A program made the position numbers and the translations under genes. Shown piece after piece: positions 35,577-45,742 of a stretch of DNA of 64,000 bases. The notes beneath the pieces were generated by a model, which made no database searches, was not told the DNA's origin, and saw only the letters and a program-made list of their open reading frames with translations. The stretch is taken from contig CAXXXF010000014.1 in the NCBI GenBank assembly GCA_963667175.2, forward strand, positions 334,072 through 398,071, written 5' to 3'. This stretch comes from Candidatus Latescibacterota bacterium (lineage in GTDB: Bacteria; Latescibacterota; UBA2968; GCA-2709665). The first letter of the stretch is position 1; every line of letters starts with the position of its first letter.

Positions 35577-37754
35577 GTGCTCCTTATCTTCATCCTGGTT
35601 GCTTCGGCAGCGCTCCGGTTCTATGGAATCGGCTGGGGAACCGACCCTGAAACCGGCAGGTTTCACGCCTTCCATCCCGATGAACGCACGGTTGTGGAAA
35701 GCGCCGGCCTGGTGGGCGTGGAAGTGACGAGGGCGGTTACGGCCTATGCCAAGGGTCCTGCCTACGTCCTGTGGACTCTCGCCAACGGCGCCGGCTTCGT
35801 CGTCGGAATTCAACCGTTCGACAAAGAGGACAATCGGTCGGTGAGATTCACCCACCTCATGGGTCGCGGAATCTCCGCGACGCTGGGCATCCTGACGGTG
35901 TGGGTCGTATTCGCCATCGGCCGCCATCTGGCGGGCATCCGGACGGGCGTGCTTGGCGCGGCCTTTCTGGCGTTTTGCGCCGGGCATATCCAGCAGTGCC
36001 ACTTCTATACCGTGGACGTGTCCCTCGCGTTCTGGACGACCCTCGGCGTCTACCTGATCCTGAAACTGCCGTCCCGCCGTACTCCCCTCTACCTGGTGTG
36101 CGGGTTGGTCTGCGGCATGGCGGCGGGCACACGGCTGATGGCGGGCATGCTGTGTCTGCCCTTTCTGCTGGCGCACGTATGGCCCGCGCAGACGCCGTTG
36201 GAGACCGGAGGAGATCAACGCGGGAAGCGGAAACGAAGGCTGAATTGGATGGCGGCCGGGGCCCTATGGGTCCGGGACCGTCTGAAACGGACGTTCACCC
36301 CGCGAACGCTGCTTTGCGCAGCGGTCGTGGTTGCGGTTGCGGTGGTCTGCGAACCCCTCCTGCTCAAGCCCGGCGAGTTCTTCAGTTCGAAAGACATGCG
36401 GAACTTCCTGCCCAGCCTGAAGATCGCGAAAGGCGAGACGGTCCGCATCTGGGCCCTCTACGATTACGCCACCACGTCTTATCTGTTCTTCGTCACCCAC
36501 CTGTTCCGGTACGCGCTGGGAACGCCCGTGGAAATTGCGGCCCTGTGCGGGATTGCGCTGGCCCTATGGAAGCGGCAGAGAGGTTGGTGGATTCTGTTGG
36601 CCTGGCTTGCGCCGTACTTCTATATGGTGGCCGGGCTACACACCAAACCCCTTCGATATACCATACCGATGCTACCCCTTATGGCGGTGATCGGCGCATG
36701 GGCCTGCGTCGAGGCAGCCGATTGGATGCGCCGGCGCCGGAAACAGTTCTGGGTCTACGCTCTGCCCGTGGCGCTGGTGGTGATTCCCACGGCCGCCTAC
36801 GGCATCGCGACGTCGCGCGTCTACCGTTCCAGCAGCCGGTTCGAGGCTGCAGGATGGATTGAGCGGAATATCCCCGAAGGGGCTGGTGTGCTGACCGAGC
36901 GGGGCGGGTATCCGACGGCCTGGATGGCGCCGGCGGACCGGTACAAGCGCAGGCTCGACGAGGCTGCCTGGTTTCTGTCCGCCGACGGCAACCTGCCCTA
37001 CGAGGCGCACGTCGAATTCATTGAGAACCGTCTGTCCGGCATCGACTGGATCGTCGTGATCGAGGAAAACCGGACGATACCGTTCAGGAACGTGCAGCGG
37101 CGATTCCCGATCGCCCACGCCTACTACCGCCGCCTGTCCGAACAGGCCCTGGGTTTCGAACGGGTCGCGGAATTCAAGGTCGCCCCGGAAGTCCTGGGAT
37201 TCACCTATTCCGAAGCCGACGCCGAGCCCACGATCACGGGATTCGACCATCCCCGCGTTGTGGTGTACCGGCGTACCAGCACGAACCTGCGGGAACTGCT
37301 CGATCGGTGGAAGGCGGATATCCGGACGGATCCGGCGCTCCCGGACAAATACGTCATCGACGGCGTAGACGCCTACCGCCGCAATGACTGGAAGGAAGCG
37401 GAAAGGGCTTTCAAGCGCAGCCTGAGGGTGAAGCCGGAGTTTGCGCTGGGACGCCTTCTACTGCGCGAGGTATATCTTGCTGAGGGCAGACAGGCCGACG
37501 CAAAGAGGGAACTTCGCAGGATTGCCGAATCCGGGCTGTCGGCCGGCGCGTACGTCGGGCTGATCCGGGTTGGCCTGACGGAAAGGGGAGCGACGTACCT
37601 CGAGAAATACCTCGAATTGTCAAAAAAGAAGCTAACGGACGATCCCGTTCTGCAGCAATACGGCTGGCTGATCCATAAGATCAATGCGGAACAAAGTGCG
37701 GCGCGCGATGAACCGGCTCAAGTGTCGGAAAGCAAGGCGCCGCCGTCGAACTGA
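35577..37754 (+). CDS. ArnT/PMT-like (GT-C) membrane glycosyltransferase with C-terminal TPR
   Basis: FHPDE motif after TM1, HFYTVD, multiple TM segments, RYTIP, TPR-like AERAFKRSLRVKP. Confidence 0.75.
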   Translation: MLLIFILVASAALRFYGIGWGTDPETGRFHAFHPDERTVVESAGLVGVEVTRAVTAYAKGPAYVLWTLANGAGFVVGIQPFDKEDNRSVRFTHLMGRGISATLGILTVWVVFAIGRHLAGIRTGVLGAAFLAFCAGHIQQCHFYTVDVSLAFWTTLGVYLILKLPSRRTPLYLVCGLVCGMAAGTRLMAGMLCLPFLLAHVWPAQTPLETGGDQRGKRKRRLNWMAAGALWVRDRLKRTFTPRTLLCAAVVVAVAVVCEPLLLKPGEFFSSKDMRNFLPSLKIAKGETVRIWALYDYATTSYLFFVTHLFRYALGTPVEIAALCGIALALWKRQRGWWILLAWLAPYFYMVAGLHTKPLRYTIPMLPLMAVIGAWACVEAADWMRRRRKQFWVYALPVALVVIPTAAYGIATSRVYRSSSRFEAAGWIERNIPEGAGVLTERGGYPTAWMAPADRYKRRLDEAAWFLSADGNLPYEAHVEFIENRLSGIDWIVVIEENRTIPFRNVQRRFPIAHAYYRRLSEQALGFERVAEFKVAPEVLGFTYSEADAEPTITGFDHPRVVVYRRTSTNLRELLDRWKADIRTDPALPDKYVIDGVDAYRRNDWKEAERAFKRSLRVKPEFALGRLLLREVYLAEGRQADAKRELRRIAESGLSAGAYVGLIRVGLTERGATYLEKYLELSKKKLTDDPVLQQYGWLIHKINAEQSAARDEPAQVSESKAPPSN

Positions 37755-37769
37755 ACGAGGCACGGTGGC

Positions 37770-39638
37770 TTATTTCGGGAGCGTCACGATTCGCTCGTTC
37801 CCGTCCCCAAACACCACGCGGGCTGTCACCCCGGCATCCCCCGCCGACGCCTCGACCTCCGGCCGATCTGAAGCGTCCCCCGCGTGAATCGCCCACAGCA
37901 CCTCGATTTCCCGGCACGGATGAAACGGCCCGAACCCCCGATATTCAACGCCGACGCGATGCCGGCGGTACTGGTTGGATTCCGTGTACGCGCTGGTCCG
38001 TTTCACGTCGCTCATCCGCCAGCACTCCATGTGTTCCGGAATCACTCTTGAGAGAGACAACGTCACGCCGTTCCGCCGGAATTCGGTCAGCCGCTCGTCG
38101 CCGGATACCTCCGCCCGGTGATGAAACAGCCACTCCAGGATCCGGGGTTCCTCCGACGAGACCCGGTCGTAGACCAGGACCACGTCCGGTTTCAGAAAAG
38201 CAAGCGTGCGAAGATAACGATCCAATTTCCCACCGTATGCCGCCGTTCCGTCGCCGACGGCTACGTCCACCTCCCCGCCCGCATCGAAAGAGACGATCCT
38301 GCCCGGATACTCGGCGCCGTAGCGCTGACCCTCCCCGTCCACCATCAGCGTATTGTGGCCGATCGTCCCGTTCCCGTCGAAGTTCCACCGCTGTCCGCCG
38401 GCGCTGTCGAAAAATCCCAGGTCGTGGCCGTACGGCCAGATCCCCTCGTCGATCAACAGCCGTTCTCCGCGCGAGGAGACGACGAACGAGTTCGCGTCCA
38501 GCTGCGAATGGCCGACCGCGCTCGAACCCGACTTCAATCCGACAAACGTGGCCCGGTCATCCCACCCGCTACGCATGGTCACCACACCGGTCGTCGGATA
38601 ACTTCGGGACGTCTCCTCCGGAATCGCGTCTGCCAGCGACGGGTCGTCCCAGATCACGCGTTCCACGGTTGCGTGGTCGCTTGCGCGCGCGGTTCTGGCC
38701 CAGTCACCTCGTCGGCGCAGCCCGGCCAGCAGCAGCAGGGTATCCAGACTCGCGCCGAGGGAGATTCCATTGTCATTGAAATTGTAGACCTGCCCGTCCG
38801 GTTCGGTGACGTGTACGATGTAGTCGCCCGTTATGCGCAACGCCGGATGCTCGAACAGGTCCACAGTGCCGCCGGTCGCCCGCTTCAGTCCGACGCCGAA
38901 TTTGACGCCGTGTCCCAGCGTGCCCAGCCAGTATCCCGGCCCTTCTGCCCAGTCGCCTTCAGGAGGCACGAAATCCAGGATATCCAGACATCCCGCCAGC
39001 GCCGCCGGCAGGACCGCGTCCAGGTCGGAGATCTCTTCGGCGCACGCGAGGGCCGCCGTACCCATTTCCCCGCAGCACATGATCTTCCAGTTCCAGTGGT
39101 AGTCCGGACTGGACCAGTGCGCGTCCTGTTTTTCCCACGTCTCCAGAAACCGCGCGACCGTGTACGCGTTGATCCGTTCTGAAATCGACGTTGCCGCATC
39201 GTCCGGCCATGCCGACGCGCAGAGATCCGTCGAAATACCGATCGCCGACGCCACGTTCAGCATGGCGTGATCGCATCGCATGGGCCGGTGGGGCCGCGCC
39301 ACCCACTCCTCCGGCGGAAACGAGAACATCACTTCCACGCCCTCCAGCGCCCTGGCCGCGAACGCCTCGTCCTCCAGGATGAAAGCGGCACTCGCCAGGG
39401 CCCGCAGCGGCGTCTGGCAGAAGTACGGAAGCTCCGGCTCGGCGCCGAAGAGATCTTCGCTGGCAGACGCTTCTCTCGCCGCCTCCGCAAGCTTGTCGAC
39501 AAACCCCGGGGTCGCCCTCGCCCGTTCTCGAGCCCCGTTCACCTCCTCAGCGCCCAGAAGTACTCTCGGCCGCGTCTCAGGCGGCGCCACCGTCGCATTC
39601 GCCAGCTTCGCGAGCAGATCTTCAGAGAATGGTTTCAT
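37770..39638 (-). CDS. Heparinase II/III-like family protein
   Basis: HWNW, WAEGPGYW, YNFND, MRSGW, HSQLDANSF, LLIDEG, HNTLMVDG. Confidence 0.8.
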   Translation of the reverse strand: MKPFSEDLLAKLANATVAPPETRPRVLLGAEEVNGARERARATPGFVDKLAEAAREASASEDLFGAEPELPYFCQTPLRALASAAFILEDEAFAARALEGVEVMFSFPPEEWVARPHRPMRCDHAMLNVASAIGISTDLCASAWPDDAATSISERINAYTVARFLETWEKQDAHWSSPDYHWNWKIMCCGEMGTAALACAEEISDLDAVLPAALAGCLDILDFVPPEGDWAEGPGYWLGTLGHGVKFGVGLKRATGGTVDLFEHPALRITGDYIVHVTEPDGQVYNFNDNGISLGASLDTLLLLAGLRRRGDWARTARASDHATVERVIWDDPSLADAIPEETSRSYPTTGVVTMRSGWDDRATFVGLKSGSSAVGHSQLDANSFVVSSRGERLLIDEGIWPYGHDLGFFDSAGGQRWNFDGNGTIGHNTLMVDGEGQRYGAEYPGRIVSFDAGGEVDVAVGDGTAAYGGKLDRYLRTLAFLKPDVVLVYDRVSSEEPRILEWLFHHRAEVSGDERLTEFRRNGVTLSLSRVIPEHMECWRMSDVKRTSAYTESNQYRRHRVGVEYRGFGPFHPCREIEVLWAIHAGDASDRPEVEASAGDAGVTARVVFGDGNERIVTLPK

Positions 39639-39957
39639 TTATTGACTCCTTGATCGAACGTTCGCCACATTTCGTTTCGCACTTCAGCGATATCTTCAGA
39701 AGTTATTGGTTTCGCCTGTTCCCACAGGCCTTCGGGATTGAAGAGCTTCCCTCGATTGCAGTTCTGAGAAATGGGTACCTGTCCCATAGGGACGAGTTTA
39801 AATGCCAGGCCGCTCTCTTCGGTAATAATAACCTCCGTCCTCCGCCATCAGGAAACTTGCTTATGGAACAAGCGTTTAAAATACTACTTGACAAATCATA
39901 ACTATTTGCCCGATGTTCTATGGTTTTTTAAACTGCCCTATCTTACGTGGGGGGTGC

Positions 39958-40806
39958 ATGTCTTTAGCAATTGTATTTAAAGGAACAGATGGAATTGTAA
40001 TGGCAACAGACAGTCGAATTACTATGACAAGCAGTCAGAAAATCGGAGACGTTGAAAGGGAAGTATTTTCTACCTATGACAACACAACGAAACTTTTCGG
40101 CCTCAACCATGACCGTAAATACGGATCGATTGTGGCTGGTGTTGTCACCTATGGATTAGGTGCAATTGGATTGGAAAAACCAAGAACAGTTTTCAGCTAT
40201 GTGTCTGAATTTGAAAAGATCATTTTTGAAGAAAATGAAATGGGTGACGCCTTCACAATGTCATTGTTGGCGATGGGGCTTAGTTTATTTTTTAGTACTG
40301 AATGGCAAAAGACCGGAATGCCAACGGCTGAGAAATATGAAGGACCAGATATTTATTTTAAGATTGCTGGATTTGACAAGGATGAGCCTTATGGCAAAGT
40401 GTTCGGCTTCTCCATACCTTCCAGTCCTGAACCCGAAGAAGAATTCATAGGAGCAAATTTCGGCGTTATTCCTGGTGGACAAACAGAATTTATGGAAAGG
40501 TTGTTAAACGGCTATGATCCCAATCTACCGTCATATCTTAGAGAATCCGGGATGGATGAGAAAACAAGCGAGACTTTTTCAAAAAACCACATTGGCAAAT
40601 TAGCGATTCCCATACCCTATCAGTTCCTTACACTTCAAGATAGTGTTGATTTCTCTGCATTTCTAATAAAAACCACGATGCTGCTGCAATCCTGGAGTAT
40701 TGGCATTAGAGGAGTTGGTGGCGCTATTGATATTGCTACCATTACCAAAACCCAGGGGTTTGACTACATATCCAGGAAGCAGATCGTTACTCCAACCTTT
40801 TCATAG
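39958..40806 (+). CDS. Proteasome-beta-like Ntn-hydrolase fold protein
   Basis: MSLAIVFKGTDGIVMATDSR (N-terminal Ser after Met removal, DSR motif), TTKLF, VGGAIDIATIT; low GC. Confidence 0.6.
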   Translation: MSLAIVFKGTDGIVMATDSRITMTSSQKIGDVEREVFSTYDNTTKLFGLNHDRKYGSIVAGVVTYGLGAIGLEKPRTVFSYVSEFEKIIFEENEMGDAFTMSLLAMGLSLFFSTEWQKTGMPTAEKYEGPDIYFKIAGFDKDEPYGKVFGFSIPSSPEPEEEFIGANFGVIPGGQTEFMERLLNGYDPNLPSYLRESGMDEKTSETFSKNHIGKLAIPIPYQFLTLQDSVDFSAFLIKTTMLLQSWSIGIRGVGGAIDIATITKTQGFDYISRKQIVTPTFS

Positions 40807-40816
40807 GGGGAATAAC

Positions 40817-41008
40817 ATGGGCCCTTACGAACGTTCAATCGAAATCAAGACGCGCACAGTTTATTTTGGTGAGGAACACTGGCAAAAAGCAACAGAGGGA
40901 CTCACTTTTCTTGGATATCCTTCAGGTATTCAAATAAGAAGTGGTATAATGTTTCCAGAAGACACGAGCACAAAGAAAACGGTCAAGACAAAGGGAAAAT
41001 TTCATTGA
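40817..41008 (+). CDS. Small hypothetical protein (63 aa)
   Basis: AGGGGG RBS, ATG 10 nt after upstream stop, followed by a terminator-like hairpin. Confidence 0.45.
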   Translation: MGPYERSIEIKTRTVYFGEEHWQKATEGLTFLGYPSGIQIRSGIMFPEDTSTKKTVKTKGKFH

Positions 41009-41020
41009 ACTATTCCCGCT

Positions 41021-41063
41021 CACAGCAAAACGGCCCGATCAGAGATCGGGCCGTTTTGCTGTG
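41021..41063. terminator. Bidirectional intrinsic terminator-like hairpin
   Basis: Perfect 20-bp inverted repeat CACAGCAAAACGGCCCGATC-AGA-GATCGGGCCGTTTTGCTGTG between convergent genes. Confidence 0.7.
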
Positions 41064-41332
41064 TAATTCGCTCTACGTTGGCGTTTTAGCAAACGCCAAC
41101 GAAACTACAAAACAGACCATCTCTGTCAAGTGAAATCGTCACCCATCTATCACAAATTCAACCGAATTGTGGACTGCGCCCGGACCGAGCTTTTGGAATA
41201 AACCGTCCAAAGGCTGGCCGGTTAGACAAGTGCGCCAGGAAACGGGGAACGGAATCATCGACAGATGGAACTGTTAGAGTCGCAAATCATCACTCAATGT
41301 CCTGTTGGAGCCGGACATGTTGATAGGTAGGT

Positions 41333-41749
41333 TCATGGCCCTCGAATATCTTTCGCCCGATCCACAATGGATGACACATCATCAATGTTGAACACAGGCG
41401 GCCCACCTGGACCGTGTCCCATTTTCAGTTTTCCCCCGTCCTTCCTCATATCCTTGTAGTAACAAAACCACATATCCTTTACCGGGCTTTCCGGCGTATT
41501 GCTCATCAAGAACACAAAGAGGCTGTAAACATACCTTTCGCCAACCCAACCCGGTTTGAGGATACCCTTCAAATAAGGTTTCCAATTCCCGCCTTCCTGA
41601 AGATCGAATTCCTTTTCGATATATCCGTTCCGCTTGCAATGCCAACAAACGAATAATCCTTTCTTGTCCAAATGACACATGAGTTTTACAATGTTTCCCG
41701 GTTTGGTGGTTTCTCTACAATGCGGGCGGTAGATTGTCCAAGTTGACAT
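41333..41749 (-). CDS. Hypothetical protein with CxxC-like motif
   Basis: Open frame MSTWTIY...CWHC...WFCYYKD...GHGPGGPPV. Confidence 0.5.
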   Translation of the reverse strand: MSTWTIYRPHCRETTKPGNIVKLMCHLDKKGLFVCWHCKRNGYIEKEFDLQEGGNWKPYLKGILKPGWVGERYVYSLFVFLMSNTPESPVKDMWFCYYKDMRKDGGKLKMGHGPGGPPVFNIDDVSSIVDRAKDIRGP

Positions 41750-41828
41750 GGCGGGTGCTTTCCCTACGTTAGATCGACTTACTACCCATTTACCCTTCTG
41801 ACACGGCCCTCTAATTCTGTTGAAGCGT

Positions 41829-42056
41829 CTACTCGGGCAGGTACCATGGTTGTCCTGGTCCGTCTTGGTGTATTCGCCCATCCATTTTAAGTTTGTGCAG
41901 GACGCCTCTGACGAGGTAGTTTCTTTCAATTTGAGGTAGTAGCAGCCTGTCTTGAATCTGGCGGGGTTGTGCTTCCCCGCCGATTTCTATTAGGCAGTCG
42001 AAGACCGCTCTTTCCAGAAGTCTTAGTCCGTTTCTGGCCTGCTCGATGGTCGTCAT
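41829..42056 (-). CDS. Small winged-helix-like protein
   Basis: AAAGGAG RBS; pattern AQPRQIQDRL...LVRGVLHKLKMDGRI...W. Confidence 0.5.
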   Translation of the reverse strand: MTTIEQARNGLRLLERAVFDCLIEIGGEAQPRQIQDRLLLPQIERNYLVRGVLHKLKMDGRIHQDGPGQPWYLPE

Positions 42057-42075
42057 TTTTTTCTCCTTTTTCTCT

Positions 42076-42580
42076 TGTTAATGATCGCCCATATGCGGCC
42101 ACTGCGAGAGCGGCCTAATCAGGCCACCTGGCATGCGATTAAGGTTTCGGACTTGCCGGCAACGTTTCTACCTTCTTTCTGTCTCCCCGACAGTCAGTAG
42201 GGAAGAACATGGCCAACCGGAGGTTCGAGAAGTATCAGTATCGCCAGGCATTGACGCGTATGCGGTTGGGCGATTCGGATCGTGCGATCTGGGTCGGCGG
42301 AAGGCCGGTGCGCTTCGTGAAGTGAGTAGCCATGAGGGATGGTTGGATGCTTCCAGCGTGTCGCCCGACGATGCGACGCTGGCGCAGGTTGTTCAGGTTC
42401 CATCCTCGCGGCCTCAGTCGGCCTCGTCGGTCTTACCCTACCAGGATAAGGTGACGGCCTGGTGGCGTCAGGGTATCCGGGGTACCGTCATCCACCAAGC
42501 CCTGGTGGATACTTACGGCTATGCCGGCTCGTATTCTTCCATCCGTCGTTTTCTCCAGCAGCTAAATGGGGCTCATCTCG
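42076..42580 (+). pseudogene. istA: IS21-family left end and truncated, frameshifted IstA transposase
   Basis: TGTTAATGA end with repeated GGCCAC; ATG 42209 MANRRFEKYQYRQALTRMRLGDSDRAI, then GYAGSYSSIRRF in another frame; no DDE core. Confidence 0.7.
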
Positions 42581-42708
42581 ACGTCACCTTCCGTGTTCTG
42601 GTACAATCTCAAAAGCTTGCAAGACTCACTCTGAGCTCGGTACAGAATTCCAGGTCCATCAACGTAATATAACTCTCTCGCGGGGACTGGTACAAGCAAT
42701 CAGTTTGG

Positions 42709-43359
42709 TCAATCATCGGGGAGCACAGGTACCGTTGCTGGGTCTTTCCGCTTCTTTCTATATTTGCGGACATAGCGCCTGTTAATCCAGATAATGAAGA
42801 CAACCCCAATGGCCCCCCAAGAGACAGATGCAATGATAACGATGCAAAGTGCTGGGTAACTACACCAGCACTGTCTGCTATACCAGAAGAACGCAATAAT
42901 AACGATGGTAAGGAACAATACAAGACCAGATACGTGGGCATGGTAGATACCCGGCAACAACCAGAAGTTAGCAAGACTGCACCAGCGAATTCTTGAGGGC
43001 GCGTCTCCACGAGCTGGTCCATAGACGCCCCATCCAAGGGCATGCTCAATGCAGTGCTGAACGTTTTGAAGGTACCTGAATGCGTATCCGAGCGCGGCTA
43101 GATACCAACTCGCCCAAAGAACCGCACCGTAAGAGAGTAGCGAGGCAATGACAAGCATCGCGCACGATCCTGGTTCGCCTTGCCTCTCGTCATTTGCTAC
43201 GTTCCAAAGCACATAGCCGTAACCGGTGCTTACGACTACAAGCGCCCAAAAGAAGCGCGGACTTTCCGACAGCCGGGCATTCAGTTGTTCAGAGATCGTA
43301 CGGTGAAAGCCAGCTAACTGATCGCGTTTGCGACCAGGCCAATCTTCACTAACAGTCAT
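42709..43359 (-). CDS. Hypothetical 4-TM membrane protein
   Basis: 216-aa ORF with four hydrophobic segments and a basic C-terminal tail. Confidence 0.6.
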   Translation of the reverse strand: MTVSEDWPGRKRDQLAGFHRTISEQLNARLSESPRFFWALVVVSTGYGYVLWNVANDERQGEPGSCAMLVIASLLSYGAVLWASWYLAALGYAFRYLQNVQHCIEHALGWGVYGPARGDAPSRIRWCSLANFWLLPGIYHAHVSGLVLFLTIVIIAFFWYSRQCWCSYPALCIVIIASVSWGAIGVVFIIWINRRYVRKYRKKRKDPATVPVLPDD

Positions 43360-43960
43360 TGCACAATATTCCCTTCTGACTCATCAACTGTTGACCTGCA
43401 CCCAAGTGTGGCGACCCGGTCGTAGGGACCTGCAAAATTGTCGGGCAAAACCACAGTATTGATATTTGCCTGAATAAGCGAAAAGACAAGAAAATAAACC
43501 CCTGAACTTATCAATTCGCTCGGGGGTTTGTTGAGTTTGGTTCACCGGTTTCGGGCGGCCCATCACCATTATATCTTCTACCATTACCAATCATCGGAAG
43601 CAAGTGAAATGAGGGCAAGGATTCCGATTGAACCCGAGGCGATCTCATAAAAACCACACAACTACCACGATACAATTATACTTAAAATCGATATAAGAGA
43701 CAACCCTACATTTATTGGTTTTCGCTAATCTCACAGACTCCATCGACCAATCGTCCACACTGCCCTTGGGAGTCACTCCCGATTCCGGCCGCATCAGGAT
43801 TTTCGTTGTATTCTGAACTAATGTCGTTGAAATCAACCGAATATACATCGAACACACCGGTTTTAAGTGGATAATTCAGGTTCACTGTTCACGGAATGTG
43901 AACAGAAAGAGATGTGCATTCGAACGGACGTAATTCTACATTTCTCAACGCCTTACGAGG

Positions 43961-45475
43961 CTATCGATTGCTAGTTTTCTTGCGAATCACGGTTAACCAT
44001 TGCTGTATGACATCCGCATCGGGATGATCGGGTTGGATTTCAAGTGCTTTTCCAAAACGCGCCTCGGCCAAGTTATATCGTTCTATTTTGATATATAACG
44101 CACCCAGATTCACGTATGTTTTCGCGAGATGATGCTCCAACTCCATTGTTCGGGCGTACTCCATGTAAACTATCGCTTTATCAATTTCCCCAAGGTCACT
44201 ATAAACCGCTCCAAGATTCAAATACGGCAATCCACTATTCGGCGACAATTCAGCCGCCTTTGCATAAAACCTGATCGCCTTGTAAGGTTCCCCCAATTCC
44301 CTGCACTGATTTCCCACCATTGTCCAACGATTAGGGTTTGTTGGATCACCGTTTATGGACTGTTCATAAGCCTCCAATGCCCTGAGCGTATCGGCTTGAG
44401 CCCGATAATACTTACCGAGGGTGATGGACGCGTTCACCTGAGCATTTCCCTTCAGGCATCCTGTATTGTGTGTGAACCGAGTTTCCGCCTTAATCGGATC
44501 TGCATTAACACCGATCCAGAAGACAGTATGAATCAACGCCGCCCCACAAACAGTCAGCATACTCTGACGAGACCTGTCCCTGGCAATTAGCGCCACCCAC
44601 AACAAAAGCGGGACCGAAGGTAACGAGAAAATGTCCCAATCTCTAAAAGCCCCGATCTCAGCATTGTCAGCAAACGTAGAACCGAGGGAAAATAGAAACG
44701 CAATCAGTAGAAACGGATAATGGCTAAAGTGTCGTCGCCGAAACCAAAATACCGCCAGGTACGCCGCAGGAGCCACCAGTAACTGCTGATTCAGAAAATC
44801 AACAACGTGGGTTATCGAAAAGACATTGTAGTGTTTGTCCTTTGTTGTTTCTCCAAAAAGCGGGAGAAAGTTACGTTCGCCCGTCCTGCCTACATACTCT
44901 AAGGGTGTAACACCACATATCAGAATCAAAGCAAAGGAACATGCAAAGCAGCAAAGCAAGGCAAAGACGATAATGGGCAAGGAACTCATTTTGTCTCGCC
45001 AAAGACGAAACCCCACGTACAGCAACGACGGCATAAACACAAGGAAAGCCTGATGCAGGGCAAATAGAAATCCAAGAATCAAAGCAGGAATAACAATCGG
45101 CCAGCGCCCCCCCAACGCGCGCAATCCTGCATAGAGATACAGCAACAGCCCGGCAGGATAGAGTGCGTAAACTTCAACATAACCGAAGAACAATTGCATG
45201 TATCCAGCCGTCAGCAAAAACGCCAAAAGAATCAACCTGTCTTGAGTCGTTTTGCTTAACGCACCTGCGATGAATAGTGACACCCACACATACAACAGCC
45301 CCGATACATAGGAGTAGGCACGAAACGTATTCTCAACCGTCCCCCAGAAATGACTACCCGCCCAGCGCAGTGTCCGTATTAGCGCGAAACTCAGAGGCGC
45401 GCGAGGGGATTCCTCAAACGTGGGGGTGTCCCAGCGATCTAACAGGATATATCCATCACCCAAAAAATGACGTTC
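43961..45475 (-). pseudogene. 3' part of a multi-TM (GT-C-like) plus TPR protein interrupted by IS110
   Basis: Begins ERHFLGDG at the IS junction; FFGYVEVY and RDWD motifs, many TMs, four to five TPRs; N-terminal part at 47090-47341. Confidence 0.7.
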
Positions 45476-45574
45476 TGACGAAAACAGTTGTCATGCCCCT
45501 TTGGGGCACCCATAATGATGAAAATGGTTGCGTCAACAGACTTGTGTGGTAGGTTGTTGGCCACCATAACCCTT

Positions 45575-45719
45575 GGCTGGTCGAAGGTCGTTTTGTAGAT
45601 GGTGCTATGAGCCTGAAAAACAGTTGGACCTGGGTATCTGGAGGTATCCATTATTGTCGCCCCCTGTAAAGGGAGAGCCCGCCAAGTAGACTCTTATCCC
45701 AGCAGATACCCGACCAGCC
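45575..45719 (+). ncRNA. Candidate IS110 bridge RNA
   Basis: Nested stems GGCTGGTCG/CGACCAGCC, AGGTC/GACCT and GGGTATCTG/CAGATACCC give two internal-loop hairpins upstream of the recombinase. Confidence 0.5.
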
Positions 45720-45742
45720 GGATCAGACACAGGAGGCCTGCG

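Noticed and set aside
1-39650. Many long overlapping or antisense ORFs (e.g. 468-1895, 6567-8006, 21966-23396, 29133-30662)
   Set aside because: Shadow frames of GC-rich genes; Arg/Pro/Gly-rich with no family motifs
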